A stretch of DNA of 23,613 nt, from UHGV virus genome UHGV-0175648; one strand, 5' to 3'. The stretch comes from a virus. The stretch's first letter is position 1. Every line of letters begins with the position of its first letter. Shown one piece after another: positions 12,579-22,215 of this stretch. Position numbers and translations under genes: made by a program. Below the pieces are notes generated by a model that worked only from the letters and a program-made list of their open reading frames with translations, had not been told where the DNA came from and did not search any database.

Positions 12579-14329
12579 CAGAACTCCATAACCGTGAAAC
12601 GCTCGTTTTCTCCTTCGCCGCCAATCGGTTCGTTAATGACAGCAAGCATGGTCGCCCACGCAAGGTCGCCGTGGCTGATCCCCCTCGCGCGGTCCGTTTC
12701 GTAAGTGATAAAGCCGCCCGGTGTTTTCACCTTACGCACGGCGTTAAAGGCCGCGACCAGTTCGCGTTCGGCGCGATCGTATTCCCACCGCCCGGCACGC
12801 ATTATTTGCAGCATTTTCAGTACCAGCGACCGTTTTGATGACAGCGTGAAGGTGTACGGAATAGCAGCAGGGAAAAACCGTTTCACTATCTGATAAACAG
12901 CCTCCCCGTTCCCGCCCGTCACATCAATGCCGATGTGTTCCACGTTGTAGCGACACGTGAACTCTTCAATGACTCTGGCCTGTTCTTCAAACTCCAGCCC
13001 CTGAACGCGTCGCGTCTCCACCGTTCGAAAACGGCCACCAGGAACAGCCGGAGGAACCACCACGGACACAGCGCCGCTGTCGCCGTTGCCACTGCTGCCG
13101 TTTGCGTCATACCCAATCCATACCGGACGATTCCCCATCGGGCGGGGAGCAAAAGGTTTCCAGTCTTTCCAGTCGTCGTATCCGTCAACACCGCAGCCAA
13201 TCAGGATATTCAGGTTAAATGCCGATTCCCCTTCGCGGACAAACTCACACATATAGAGATTGAGGAACTCGTCTTCGGTGTTTTCATCACGAATTTCGTC
13301 GATATCGGTGTGTTTCCAGCCGTGTTTAACCACATCTTCCAGCGTGACAATTTGCCGCCACGTCCGGTCAGGGCAGATAAGCCCGTTATGCAGCGTTTTC
13401 CAGTCCACAGAAAAACGCTGGCGTTTATGCGAGGCCTTTTTCTCGTTCCAGCGGTCGCCGTTCCAGTAGGCGTATGCCTCGTGCGTTTCGGTGGATGGCG
13501 TGGAGAAGTAGGTGCGCCGCAGTCCGCTGAGGGTTGCCATAGCGCCAGCCACCTTGCGCAGTTCAGCAAAGCGACTGACCCAGAAGAATTCATCAAAATA
13601 AAAATTGCCCGTATAGGACTGTGCCGACGCAGCAGAAGTGCCGAGAAAATGCAGCTCTGCGCCGTTGGAGAGGATGATTTTATCGCCCCCTTTCAGCTCC
13701 ACATCAACTTCAGCCGCGGCCTTCTGAATAATGCTTTTAAACTGGAACGCCTGACGACGCGACGCAGACAAAAAAATCTGGTTACGCTGATAAGGTTGCA
13801 CCACATCGTCACGCAGCGCCATCAGCAGTGCTTCCTGTGCAAAATACCAGGTCGCCCCAATCTGTCGGGATTTCAGGATCATCCTGTTACGTATCCCGGC
13901 TTCCCTGCAAAGGGTCAGGGAGTCAAACCAGCCCCGCTGATGCCACTCCAGCCTGCTGATGATTTTTTCCCGCAGTGCGGCAATCTGTTCCGGCGTGAAA
14001 TGATTTTTGAGTTTTTTCGCCCGGCCTTTCTTTCCTGCGGCCATCACATCCGGCTGGCCATCATGCAGCTTTTTAAGCTGCCGTGTCAGCAGGTCTATTT
14101 CCTTGAAGTCACCGCCTGTTTTATTCTGTTTTTCAGTAAGCTGGATGAGGCGCGCATCAATGGATTGCGTGACACGCTGCACGGGTGGCGTTTCATCCCA
14201 CTGGTCGCGTTTTTTCCACGCATAAATCGTGTTCGGGTTTATTCCCATCAGACGTGATATTTCTGCGGGCGGATAACCCTGCCAGTAAAGTTGTCGCGCA
14301 CGCTGGCGCACAAAAGCGTCCTGAATCAT
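12578..14329 (-). CDS. P: Terminase large (ATPase) subunit
   Basis: 583 aa; the N-terminus (MIQDAFVRQRARQLYWQGYPPAEISRLMGINPNTIYAWKKRDQWDE) and size are typical of P2 gpP. It is divergent from O, as in P2. Confidence 0.92.
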   Translation of the reverse strand: MIQDAFVRQRARQLYWQGYPPAEISRLMGINPNTIYAWKKRDQWDETPPVQRVTQSIDARLIQLTEKQNKTGGDFKEIDLLTRQLKKLHDGQPDVMAAGKKGRAKKLKNHFTPEQIAALREKIISRLEWHQRGWFDSLTLCREAGIRNRMILKSRQIGATWYFAQEALLMALRDDVVQPYQRNQIFLSASRRQAFQFKSIIQKAAAEVDVELKGGDKIILSNGAELHFLGTSAASAQSYTGNFYFDEFFWVSRFAELRKVAGAMATLSGLRRTYFSTPSTETHEAYAYWNGDRWNEKKASHKRQRFSVDWKTLHNGLICPDRTWRQIVTLEDVVKHGWKHTDIDEIRDENTEDEFLNLYMCEFVREGESAFNLNILIGCGVDGYDDWKDWKPFAPRPMGNRPVWIGYDANGSSGNGDSGAVSVVVPPAVPGGRFRTVETRRVQGLEFEEQARVIEEFTCRYNVEHIGIDVTGGNGEAVYQIVKRFFPAAIPYTFTLSSKRSLVLKMLQIMRAGRWEYDRAERELVAAFNAVRKVKTPGGFITYETDRARGISHGDLAWATMLAVINEPIGGEGENERFTVMEF

Positions 14330-14483
14330 TGCTCCCCCTGAGTAATTACAGGAAGATTACCCGCGCGCGAAACCGTTCTCCTTAACCCCCTGTTCTGACT
14401 GTTTTCTTACAACAAAAGCCCTTTGTATCAGCCTGTTACGCTTTGCCATCATGACTGAAGAACCAGTCAGAGGGGCAAAAACT
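14330..14483. promoter_or_regulatory. Divergent late promoter region (P_P leftward, P_O rightward), expected Ogr-dependent
   Basis: Intergenic region between divergent P and O. It contains partial TGT...ACA dyad elements (TGTTCTGACTGTTTTCTTACAACA), but the spacing does not exactly fit the canonical TGT-N12-ACA, so this is assigned mainly by position. Confidence 0.45.
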
Positions 14484-15320
14484 ATGGCTAATGAAAAAAA
14501 GACATCCCGCAAAAAGTTTCGCGTGGCTGTCTCCGGTGTAACGGCAGACGGGCGCGAAATCAACGGCGACATGCTGAAAGCTGCCGCCACCAGTTATAAC
14601 CCGTCCGTTTATGGTGCACGTGTGAATATTGAGCACATCCTGTCACCACTCCCCGGTAGCGAGTTTTCCGCTATGGGCGATGTTGTGGGGTTGAGCACCG
14701 AAGACATAACCGATGGCCCGCTGGCAGGTCGCACGGCACTGTATGCCGAAATTGAGCCGACCGCTCGCATGATGTCCCTGCTTAACGATGGTAAAAAAAT
14801 TTACTCCAGTATTGAGCTGGAACCACAGTCAACCATCACGGGAGGCCCTTACCTGCGCGGGCTGGCAATGACCGACACCCCCGCCAGCCTGGGCACGGAA
14901 CGTCTGGCCTTTGCGGCACAACAACGTATGCAACTGATGACATTCAACTGTCAGCAGGGAGACGTGGCGATGTTTACCGCCGCTATGGAGTCAGAACTTA
15001 TCGAACTCACCGAACAACGTCAGGAAGAAGGCACCCAGTGGTTTAACCGCGTTATGGGGATTATTGGCCGTGGCCGCAAAGCGGATGACGCCAGTTTCTC
15101 CCGTATTCAGGAAGCGGTGGAAGGTGTCGCAACGTCACAGGCCGACATTATCGACCGTTTTAATGCGCTGGAAACCCGCCATCAGCAGGACAGCCAGAAA
15201 ATCACTTTACTGACCACAGAGCTGACAGCACTGAAGGAAAAACTGCGCACGCAGGACGGCGATCCGCAGAACCGGTTCACCGCAACGGGCGCAGCCTCCG
15301 ATCAACTGGCTGACTTCTGA
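14484..15320 (+). CDS. O: Capsid scaffolding protein
   Basis: Similar to P2 gpO (…GDMLKAAATSYNPSVYGARVNIEHI…, YLRGLAMTDTPASLGTE). The start is at the ATG at 14484 with an AGAGGGG Shine-Dalgarno. Confidence 0.9.
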   Translation: MANEKKTSRKKFRVAVSGVTADGREINGDMLKAAATSYNPSVYGARVNIEHILSPLPGSEFSAMGDVVGLSTEDITDGPLAGRTALYAEIEPTARMMSLLNDGKKIYSSIELEPQSTITGGPYLRGLAMTDTPASLGTERLAFAAQQRMQLMTFNCQQGDVAMFTAAMESELIELTEQRQEEGTQWFNRVMGIIGRGRKADDASFSRIQEAVEGVATSQADIIDRFNALETRHQQDSQKITLLTTELTALKEKLRTQDGDPQNRFTATGAASDQLADF

Positions 15321-15343
15321 TAAGACAAAGGAGCAAATTTTTT

Positions 15344-16396
15344 ATGAATCTGGTGATGTCAGATATTACCCGCAACAAGCTGGGTTGCTATATGGCGCAG
15401 CAGGCGTCGCTTAACAACATCCCGGTATCTGCACTGGTATCGCGATTTACCGTGGAACCCTCGGTGCAGCAGCGTTTTGAAAACGCAGTAAAGGAGAGCA
15501 CTGAATTTACAAAAAAAATTAACGTGTTCGGTGTGACCGACCAGAAAGGCGAAAAAATCCTCCTGGACACCACCGGGCCGATTGCGCGCACGAATACCAG
15601 TTATGACGGCACAAAACGCCGTAACCCGAATAACGTGGTTGATCTGAAAAACCGCAAATATCAGTGCGAACAGGTGAACTACGACACGTTTATTTCGTAT
15701 CCGCAGCTTGATGCCTGGGCGGCACACCCTGATTTTCAGTCACGCGTCAGCACACAGATTGCCCGGCAGGTGGCGCTTGACCGCATCATGATCGGTTTTA
15801 ACGGCACGTCTCACGCGGATGAGTCCAACTTCAGCACCAACAAGCTGCTTCAGGACGTTAACGTGGGATGGCTGGAGCACATCAGAACCGACGCCAGCGA
15901 GCGCGTAATGAATGACGTGACGCTGACCTCCCGCAACATGGACAACACCGTGGCGCACGCGGGTAAGTATGCGAACGCTGATGCACTGGTACAGGACGCG
16001 CGCTCATCCCTGCTGGATGAATGGCACAAGGAAGCTGACGACCTCGTGGTGATTATGGGGCGCAACCTGTTTAACTCGCTGCGTCTGCCCGTGCTGAACA
16101 GCATCAGCGGCCAGAATCCCAATGCGGAATTACTTGCCGGACAGCTCATCCTGTCATCGCGCGCCATTGGCGGGCTGGATGTATTCCTTGCGCCGTTCTT
16201 CCCGGATTCAACGATGCTGATCACCTCGTTCAATAACCTGTCGATTTACTGGCAGAAAGGAACAATGCGTCGCCTGATGAAAGACGAGCCGGAATACAAC
16301 CGCATCGCCACCTACCAGTCCATCAATGACGCTTATGTCGTTGAAGACTATGGCAAGTGCGCGATGGTCACTGGCCTGAAGTTCGCCGACAGCTAA
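15344..16396 (+). CDS. N: Major capsid protein
   Basis: 350 aa; matches P2 gpN along its length (FTVEPSV, KYQCEQVNYDTFISY, IMIGFNG, LQDVNVGWL, SIYWQ, YVVEDY). Confidence 0.93.
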   Translation: MNLVMSDITRNKLGCYMAQQASLNNIPVSALVSRFTVEPSVQQRFENAVKESTEFTKKINVFGVTDQKGEKILLDTTGPIARTNTSYDGTKRRNPNNVVDLKNRKYQCEQVNYDTFISYPQLDAWAAHPDFQSRVSTQIARQVALDRIMIGFNGTSHADESNFSTNKLLQDVNVGWLEHIRTDASERVMNDVTLTSRNMDNTVAHAGKYANADALVQDARSSLLDEWHKEADDLVVIMGRNLFNSLRLPVLNSISGQNPNAELLAGQLILSSRAIGGLDVFLAPFFPDSTMLITSFNNLSIYWQKGTMRRLMKDEPEYNRIATYQSINDAYVVEDYGKCAMVTGLKFADS

Positions 16397-16405
16397 TCAA
16401 CTCAC

Positions 16406-16424
16406 GGCGGGCATCATGCCCGCC
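16406..16424 (+). other. GC-rich stem-loop between N and M (8-bp stem, 3-nt loop)
   Basis: GGCGGGCA-TCA-TGCCCGCC read directly from the sequence, with no U-tract. It is a possible intra-operon attenuator or RNA processing/stability element. Confidence 0.35.
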
Positions 16425-16441
16425 TGTAACGGAGAGAAAAA

Positions 16442-17242
16442 ATGATTACTCCTGCACAGCAACACTGGCAGAACGTGATGGCACAGCGCGCAGGCCGGGC
16501 GAATGAAGGCGTGGACCACGCCGCGCGTACCGCGCATGAAGAGGTGCTGTATCGTCTGCGTCTGGCACAGGCCCGACTTAAGGGCGTACAGGCCAGAAGC
16601 GCGAAAGCCGCCATCAAAAAAGAGTTGTTGCCGGATTTTTCCGGCTGGATTGAGGGAACGCTGGAGGCTGACGGCGGGCAGCAGGATGAAGTGATTGCCA
16701 CGCTGATGGTGTGGGCGATTGACTGCGGCGATCTTCCGCTGGCGTTGCGTATTGGTGCGTATGTGGTCCGTCATAACCTCATTATGCCGGATAACTTTGG
16801 CCGTACTGCTGCCACGGTACTGACCGAAGAAATCTGTAATCCGGTACTGACGCAGGCCGGGACGGATGCCGACGCGGATTTGTCCGCCTTTATCGAACCA
16901 CTGGACACCCTCCGGGAGATTGTCACCGACCAGGACATGCCGGACGAAGTGCGCGCCAAATTATGCAAGGCGTGCGCCTTTGCCCGTCGTGGCCTGACCG
17001 ATGCGGACAGCATGGCCTCATCACTGAAGCTGCTGCGCGAAGCGATGCACCTGAACCCGAACGCAGGTGTGAAACGCGAGATTGCAACCCTTTCCCGCGC
17101 CCTGAAAAAAGCCGATTCCGCAGCCGCACCAGAAGATGCCAGCACACCGCAGGCGCAGGACGAAAGCAGCAAAAGTAAAAAGACAACGCGGAAGCCTGCA
17201 ACACGAAAAACCACCGCGACGCAGAAGGCGAAGCGCGGTTAA
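16442..17242 (+). CDS. M: Terminase small (endonuclease) subunit
   Basis: 266 aa in the P2 gpM position after N. The C-terminus is a basic tail (KKTTRKPATRKTTATQKAKRG). Confidence 0.88.
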   Translation: MITPAQQHWQNVMAQRAGRANEGVDHAARTAHEEVLYRLRLAQARLKGVQARSAKAAIKKELLPDFSGWIEGTLEADGGQQDEVIATLMVWAIDCGDLPLALRIGAYVVRHNLIMPDNFGRTAATVLTEEICNPVLTQAGTDADADLSAFIEPLDTLREIVTDQDMPDEVRAKLCKACAFARRGLTDADSMASSLKLLREAMHLNPNAGVKREIATLSRALKKADSAAAPEDASTPQAQDESSKSKKTTRKPATRKTTATQKAKRG

Positions 17243-17343
17243 CGACTGACCCCGTCAGCGGGCGGCGTGCGCGGTGTTCCGGTTTGACTCCGTGACCGTT
17301 TACACCGCGCACCCACCGCCCGATTTTTTCAGGAGTGAACCCC

Positions 17344-17838
17344 ATGAGTATGGTTGCCAGAACCAACCCCGGCCCCGCAGAGGACGACATCACCGATACC
17401 GATGATGGTGATACCCGTATTTCAGCGGGCGCATTCTGGCCGGATATTGTGCTGCGTGAGCTGCGTCTGGCGATACGACTGCCGGGCCGTGTGACCACCT
17501 CCCGCCTGCTGCATACCGCCACCGGGGCCGTGGCACACGTTACCCGCGAGCTGGAAGCGTGGCAGAAGGAACAGCAGGCGGCTGGCCATCAGACGCTGGC
17601 CGATGTTCCGGCACCCGTAATTAACGGAGAAAGCGTCAATCTCTGGCACTGGCGCAATGCCGTTTATACCGCCACACGCGCCCTGATTCTGGAGCGTTAC
17701 CGCGATGCGGACACAACGGATAAGGGCGACCGCCGGGCGGACGCACTGGATATACAGACATCGGATTTGTGGCGCGATGTGAGCTGGGCCATCTCTGACA
17801 TTCTGCGCCGCCCGCGAATTTTTGCGGAGCTGTGCTGA
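17344..17838 (+). CDS. L: Head completion/stabilisation protein
   Basis: Position and size fit P2 gpL. The start was chosen at the ATG at 17344, 8 nt after AGGAG; the ORF track begins at GTG 17335. Confidence 0.8.
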   Translation: MSMVARTNPGPAEDDITDTDDGDTRISAGAFWPDIVLRELRLAIRLPGRVTTSRLLHTATGAVAHVTRELEAWQKEQQAAGHQTLADVPAPVINGESVNLWHWRNAVYTATRALILERYRDADTTDKGDRRADALDIQTSDLWRDVSWAISDILRRPRIFAELC

Positions 17839-18038
17839 TGAAAGTGAAGGCACTGGAAGGCGACACCGTGGATTCGCTCTGTTTCCGGTACTACGGCACG
17901 ACGCAGGGCGTCACCGAAAAGGTGCTGGATGCCAACCCCGGACTCTGTCAGCAGGTATTTCTGGACGCCGGGCAGGACGTGGAGATGCCGGAGCCGGAGA
18001 AGAAGAAACGAGAAATGATTCAGTTGTGGGGGGAGTAG
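17832..18038 (+). CDS. X: Tail protein X (LysM-like)
   Basis: 68 aa beginning MKVKALEGDTVDSLCFRYYGTT..., characteristic of P2 gpX. It overlaps the L stop. Confidence 0.8.
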   Translation: MLMKVKALEGDTVDSLCFRYYGTTQGVTEKVLDANPGLCQQVFLDAGQDVEMPEPEKKKREMIQLWGE

Positions 18039-18040
18039 CA

Positions 18041-18364
18041 GTGAGCACCATTCAAACAGGGATCACAGAGCAGGTTATTGCGTGGCTCTTTGACCACCTG
18101 CCAACGGTGTATGCAGTAGGCGCGGCAGTCAGCATTTCCGCGCTGATGAGTCTTTATGACGGACGAACACTGGTTCAGACCGTAACGGGATCGCTGGCGT
18201 GCGGCGTTCTTGCCATGGCCGTGGCCGGGTCGTTGCGCTTCTTCGGGTTTCCTGAAGATGCCGTGACGTTTATCGGCGCATCAATCGGTTTTATGGGCGC
18301 AGAGAAAGCACGCGACAAGGTTATTGCGGCCTTTAATCGCAGGGTGAAGGAGAAGGACGAATGA
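18041..18364 (+). CDS. Y: Holin (class with multiple TM segments)
   Basis: About 107 aa from GTG 18041, preceded by GGGGGAG, with hydrophobic segments (VYAVGAAVSISALM, LACGVLAMAVAGSL) and a charged C-terminus. It lies directly upstream of the endolysin with an ATGA overlap. The start codon is uncertain. Confidence 0.6.
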   Translation: MSTIQTGITEQVIAWLFDHLPTVYAVGAAVSISALMSLYDGRTLVQTVTGSLACGVLAMAVAGSLRFFGFPEDAVTFIGASIGFMGAEKARDKVIAAFNRRVKEKDE

Positions 18365-18753
18365 GCAACACATTTAAATTCAGCAGCCGGAGCGAAAAGA
18401 ATTTGCAGGGCGTAAATCCTGATCTGGTGAAAGTGACCCGACGGGCACTGGAAATTTCGGAAGTGGATTTTGGTATCACAGAAGGGTTGCGCAGCCGTTA
18501 CCGCCAGAAGCAACTTGTGGCCACAGGTAAGAGCCAGACCATGAACAGCCGCCACCTTACGGGACATGCCGTGGATGTTGTGGCTTATATCGGTAGCCAG
18601 GTGTCATGGGAATGGCCGCTGTACGAAAAAATCGCAGCAGCATTCAGACAGGCCAGCCGGGAACTGAATATTCCGGTGGAATGGGGCGGCGACTGGAAGA
18701 CCCTGAAAGACGGACCGCATTTTCAGTTACCACACGGAGCCTATCCGGCATGA
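18361..18753 (+). CDS. Endolysin, peptidase M15-type (L-alanyl-D-glutamate endopeptidase-like)
   Basis: 130 aa with a SRHLTGHAVDV (H-x6-D) zinc-binding motif and a downstream His, typical of M15/VanY-like phage endolysins. It lies between the holin and the spanins. Confidence 0.8.
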   Translation: MSNTFKFSSRSEKNLQGVNPDLVKVTRRALEISEVDFGITEGLRSRYRQKQLVATGKSQTMNSRHLTGHAVDVVAYIGSQVSWEWPLYEKIAAAFRQASRELNIPVEWGGDWKTLKDGPHFQLPHGAYPA

Positions 18754-19157
18754 AGCTCTGGCCCACGCTGGGCGTCGCTTTCCTTCTGATTGCTGGATGG
18801 GGAACATCCATGCGTCTGTCGTGGTCGCTGGGCCGGGAGAACGCCAGAAACGAAGCGCAGGCCAGCACCCTGAAAAGTACCGCCGACACCCTGAATATTA
18901 TCAGCGCTGGGGTACAGGATATGCAGCAGGTGCTGGCGCAACTCCGCGTGGAAAATCAGCAACGCAATCAGGACGGAGAGGTAAGACGTGAACAGCTACG
19001 CAACGATATTGCAAAAGATGAATGCGCCCACGCTTTGCCTGACGCTCGTTTTACTGACAGGCTGCGCAGGCACGCAGAACGCGCCACGGCCAGCGCCGTC
19101 AGTCCGGCTTATACCGCAGACGCTGACCATACCGGTAACGCCTCCCCCCTTCCCTGA
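18750..19157 (+). CDS. lysB: i-spanin (Rz / LysB-like)
   Basis: An N-terminal TM segment (LWPTLGVAFLLIAGWG) followed by a charged coiled-coil periplasmic domain. It has an ATGA overlap with the endolysin stop. Confidence 0.7.
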   Translation: MKLWPTLGVAFLLIAGWGTSMRLSWSLGRENARNEAQASTLKSTADTLNIISAGVQDMQQVLAQLRVENQQRNQDGEVRREQLRNDIAKDECAHALPDARFTDRLRRHAERATASAVSPAYTADADHTGNASPLP

Positions 19158-19308
19158 TACTCCCACATGGGGAAATCTCGGTATATGGGGCGACCGCCTT
19201 CTGGATGCACTGGAAACCTGTAACGCGGATAAACGGGCCATTGAATTACTGGAACAGCGCAGGCTGCAACGACTGAACAACGAGGATAACAACCATGCTG
19301 AAAACTGA
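19018..19308 (+). CDS. lysC: o-spanin (Rz1 / LysC-like outer-membrane lipoprotein), overlapping lysB in another frame
   Basis: Lipoprotein signal with lipobox LLTGC and a proline-rich mature region (PRPAPSVRLIPQTLTIPVTPPPFPDTP). The start is embedded in the 3' part of lysB. The start codon is uncertain (ATG 19018 chosen). Confidence 0.55.
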   Translation: MNAPTLCLTLVLLTGCAGTQNAPRPAPSVRLIPQTLTIPVTPPPFPDTPTWGNLGIWGDRLLDALETCNADKRAIELLEQRRLQRLNNEDNNHAEN

Positions 19309-19762
19309 TTCCCTGCGTGAAGCCATGACCCGTTCATGCCGATGGTGTCAGGCCAACCCGGAAAAATTCACCATTTTCGTGGAGAGCGGCAACATTGAAA
19401 CGACCGGAGAAACCCCATCGTTTGTTTACCGCTATCAGATGGTGATGTTTGTCATGGATTACGCCGGGGAGCTGGATGACCTCACGCTGCCGCTGCTGGC
19501 GTGGTTATCCCAAAATCAGCCACAGTTGTTGCTCAACCCTGAGCGTAATCAGGACATCAAATTCTCCGCCGTTATCAATGACGATGACAGCGCCGATCTC
19601 CTGTTTACGCTCCCCTTGCGGGAACGCGTTCGCATCACGCGCAGCAGTCAGGGCACACCGCAGGCAGAACACCTGCCGGAGCCAAAACCCCGCCTGCCAT
19701 CTTCCGAAGGCGACTGGTCGCATGTATTCCAGGATGTGACGTGGGGTGAAAGCGATGGATAA
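19295..19762 (+). CDS. R: Tail completion protein R
   Basis: 155 aa, the same size and position as P2 gpR. Confidence 0.82.
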   Translation: MLKTDSLREAMTRSCRWCQANPEKFTIFVESGNIETTGETPSFVYRYQMVMFVMDYAGELDDLTLPLLAWLSQNQPQLLLNPERNQDIKFSAVINDDDSADLLFTLPLRERVRITRSSQGTPQAEHLPEPKPRLPSSEGDWSHVFQDVTWGESDG

Positions 19763-20390
19763 GGCATTCACCCGCGTGGATGAAACCTTTGAGGCCATCC
19801 GCGACAGCCTGAATCAGCAGGCCATCAATAACATCGCCAGAAAGCTGGCACAGGATTTACGTCGCGCCCAGCAGGCACGTATCCGGTCACAGAAAGCGCC
19901 GGACGGGACCGCATGGACACCACGCAGACGCCGCGTAACCCGGATACAGGAACGCATTCGCTTTATCTGGAATAACGAAGCACGCACGCTGAAAAACTGG
20001 CATCACGACACGGGGAAATACGGGCGAACCATCACCGGGTGGGATGAGGATAAAAACAACATCCGCACGTTTTACCGGGATGACATCGACCGCTTTCTGG
20101 AAATACGCACCCGGCGCATCAACCAGGACAGCACAAAGCGCGTCCCCATGTTCGTAAAACTGCGCACCGCCCGCTACCTGAAAGCCCGTGCGGATACTTC
20201 CGGTGTGACGGTGGGTTACAGCGGCGTGGCTGCACGTATTGCACGCGTTCATCAGTTCGGTGAGCGCGATCAGGTTGCGCCGGGCATTTTCACCGATTAC
20301 CCGGTACGTGAGCTGTTGGGCATCAGTCAGGCAGATGAACGCCTGATTTATAACACGGTGCTGGGTCGGATTGCGGAGGCTGTACGGTGA
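19755..20390 (+). CDS. S: Tail completion / virion morphogenesis protein S
   Basis: Position after R. It is about 211 aa, longer than P2 gpS as I recall it. The start was chosen at ATG 19755. Confidence 0.75.
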   Translation: MDKAFTRVDETFEAIRDSLNQQAINNIARKLAQDLRRAQQARIRSQKAPDGTAWTPRRRRVTRIQERIRFIWNNEARTLKNWHHDTGKYGRTITGWDEDKNNIRTFYRDDIDRFLEIRTRRINQDSTKRVPMFVKLRTARYLKARADTSGVTVGYSGVAARIARVHQFGERDQVAPGIFTDYPVRELLGISQADERLIYNTVLGRIAEAVR

Positions 20391-20968
20391 GCGCAGAACT
20401 CATGCGACTGCTGAGCAATATCATCCGCACCGGGATCATCTCTGAAGTTGATGAGAAGTCCTGGCGCGTGCGCGTTCGCAGCGGCGAACTGGAGACAGGC
20501 TGGTTGCGCTGGAACACCACGCGCGCGGGAGCCTTCAATGTGTGGCTGCCGCCATCACCAGGCGAACAGGTGGTAATTGCCTGCATTGGCGGCAACCCGG
20601 AAACCGCCATGATAATTGGCAGCCTGTGGAGTGATGCCAATCCGGCCCCCGGCAAAAGCCTGAAAGAAATCGTGATCAGCGCGCCGGACGGCGCGGTGTT
20701 CCGCTACGACGCGGACGCAGGCGCACTGAGCGCCAGCGGCATGAAAACGGCCACTTTACAGGCATCCGTCAGCGTGACACTGGACACGCCCGTCGTGGAA
20801 TGCACAAACCTTCTGAGAACGGCGACGCTTGACGTCACAAAAGGGGGAAAGATGAGCGGCAATATCACGCACAGCGGCGGCGATTTCACCTCAAACGGCA
20901 TTACCGTGCATACGCATAAACACGGTGGCGTGAAAGGTGGCAGCGATTCGACAGGAGGCCCGCAGTGA
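20387..20968 (+). CDS. V: Baseplate spike / central spike protein
   Basis: Matches P2 gpV as recalled (IRTGIISEVD, WLRWNTTRAG, GEQVVIACIGG, TLDTPVVECTN, KGGKMSGNITHSGG, VHTHKHGG). It has a GTG start overlapping the S stop. Confidence 0.88.
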   Translation: MSAELMRLLSNIIRTGIISEVDEKSWRVRVRSGELETGWLRWNTTRAGAFNVWLPPSPGEQVVIACIGGNPETAMIIGSLWSDANPAPGKSLKEIVISAPDGAVFRYDADAGALSASGMKTATLQASVSVTLDTPVVECTNLLRTATLDVTKGGKMSGNITHSGGDFTSNGITVHTHKHGGVKGGSDSTGGPQ

Positions 20969-21315
20969 CAACCCGCTACACAGGAATGAACCCGGACGGA
21001 ACGGGAAACCTGAACGATATGGAGCACCTGAAACAGTCAGTCAGGGACATCCTGACCACCCCACTGGCAAGCCGGGTTATGCGACGGGAATATGGCAGCC
21101 TTGTGCCTGATTTGATTGACGAACCCATGAATAACACCACGCGTCTGCAATGCATGAGTGCTGCCGTGATTGCGCTGACACGATGGGAACCCCGCATTGC
21201 CCTGGATGCCATCGACGTTGTCTGGAAAGCGCGAGGCCGCGCCGGGGTGACGCTGTCGGGCACTGTCATGCAGACCATGCAGAATGTTGAATTAACCATC
21301 ACGCTGAGGGAGTAA
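20965..21315 (+). CDS. W: Baseplate wedge protein W (gp25-like)
   Basis: 116 aa with an AGGAGG Shine-Dalgarno 6 nt before a GTG start. Position and size match P2 gpW. Confidence 0.85.
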   Translation: MTTRYTGMNPDGTGNLNDMEHLKQSVRDILTTPLASRVMRREYGSLVPDLIDEPMNNTTRLQCMSAAVIALTRWEPRIALDAIDVVWKARGRAGVTLSGTVMQTMQNVELTITLRE

Positions 21316-21318
21316 ATC

Positions 21319-22215
21319 ATGCCCGCCGTTGACCTTTCACAGTTACCGGACCCCGCCATCATCGCGGAGCCTGACTTTGAGGCAATTCTGGCTGACACAA
21401 AGGCCATGATGATTGCGGCTTATCCCGCCGAACAGCGTGAAGCCGTTTCCGCCGCGCTGGAGCTGGAATCGGAACCCCTTAACGTTATCGCTCAAACCAT
21501 GTCGTTTCGTGAAATGCTGTTACGCCAGCGGGTTAACGAGGGGGCACGCGCCTGCATGTTAAGCCACAGCGCCGGGACAGACCTGGACAACCTCGCGGGC
21601 AATATGAACACAAAACGCCTGGTTATCACTCCGGCAACGGATACCACCGACGCGGTGATGGAGAGCGACACCTCGCTGAGACTGCGGGCGCAGCGGGCGT
21701 ACGACGGCCTGAGTGTTGCTGGCCCGTCAGGTGCATACGAGTATTTTGCACGCAGCGCCAGCGGTCTGGTGCGTGATGCGCGGGCTATCAGTCCGTCTCC
21801 GGCAAATGTGACGGTTTCCATTCTGTCCACTGAAGGCGACGGCACAGCAACGGAGGCGTTGCTTAATACCGTTCGCGCCGTTCTGAATGCAGAGGACACC
21901 CGCCCGGTGGCCGACCGCCTGACCGTACAGAGCGCCAGAATCGTGACATGGCGGCTGAATGCAAAACTGTACTTTTACCCCGGCCCGGAATCCGAACCTA
22001 TTCTGGCTGCGGCGGAATCGTCGTTCAGGAAGTGGCTGGCTGAGCAGGGGCTTATCGGTCAGGACGTGGCGTTGTCCGCCATTGCTGCCGCACTGCATGT
22101 GCACGGTGTGCAACGCGTGGAGATAATCGAACCCACACAGAATATGGCCATCAGCGACATACAGGCGGCGCGCTGTGAGTCGTTCACCATCAGCGAAGGT
22201 GGGCGCAATGAGTAA
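21319..22215 (+). CDS. J: Baseplate protein J
   Basis: 298 aa; position and size match P2 gpJ. Confidence 0.88.
   Translation: MPAVDLSQLPDPAIIAEPDFEAILADTKAMMIAAYPAEQREAVSAALELESEPLNVIAQTMSFREMLLRQRVNEGARACMLSHSAGTDLDNLAGNMNTKRLVITPATDTTDAVMESDTSLRLRAQRAYDGLSVAGPSGAYEYFARSASGLVRDARAISPSPANVTVSILSTEGDGTATEALLNTVRAVLNAEDTRPVADRLTVQSARIVTWRLNAKLYFYPGPESEPILAAAESSFRKWLAEQGLIGQDVALSAIAAALHVHGVQRVEIIEPTQNMAISDIQAARCESFTISEGGRNE

Noticed and set aside
12935-14257. 440-aa plus-strand ORF antisense to terminase gene P
   Set aside because: It is fully contained within the strongly supported terminase large subunit gene on the opposite strand, and its translation is Arg/Pro-rich junk.
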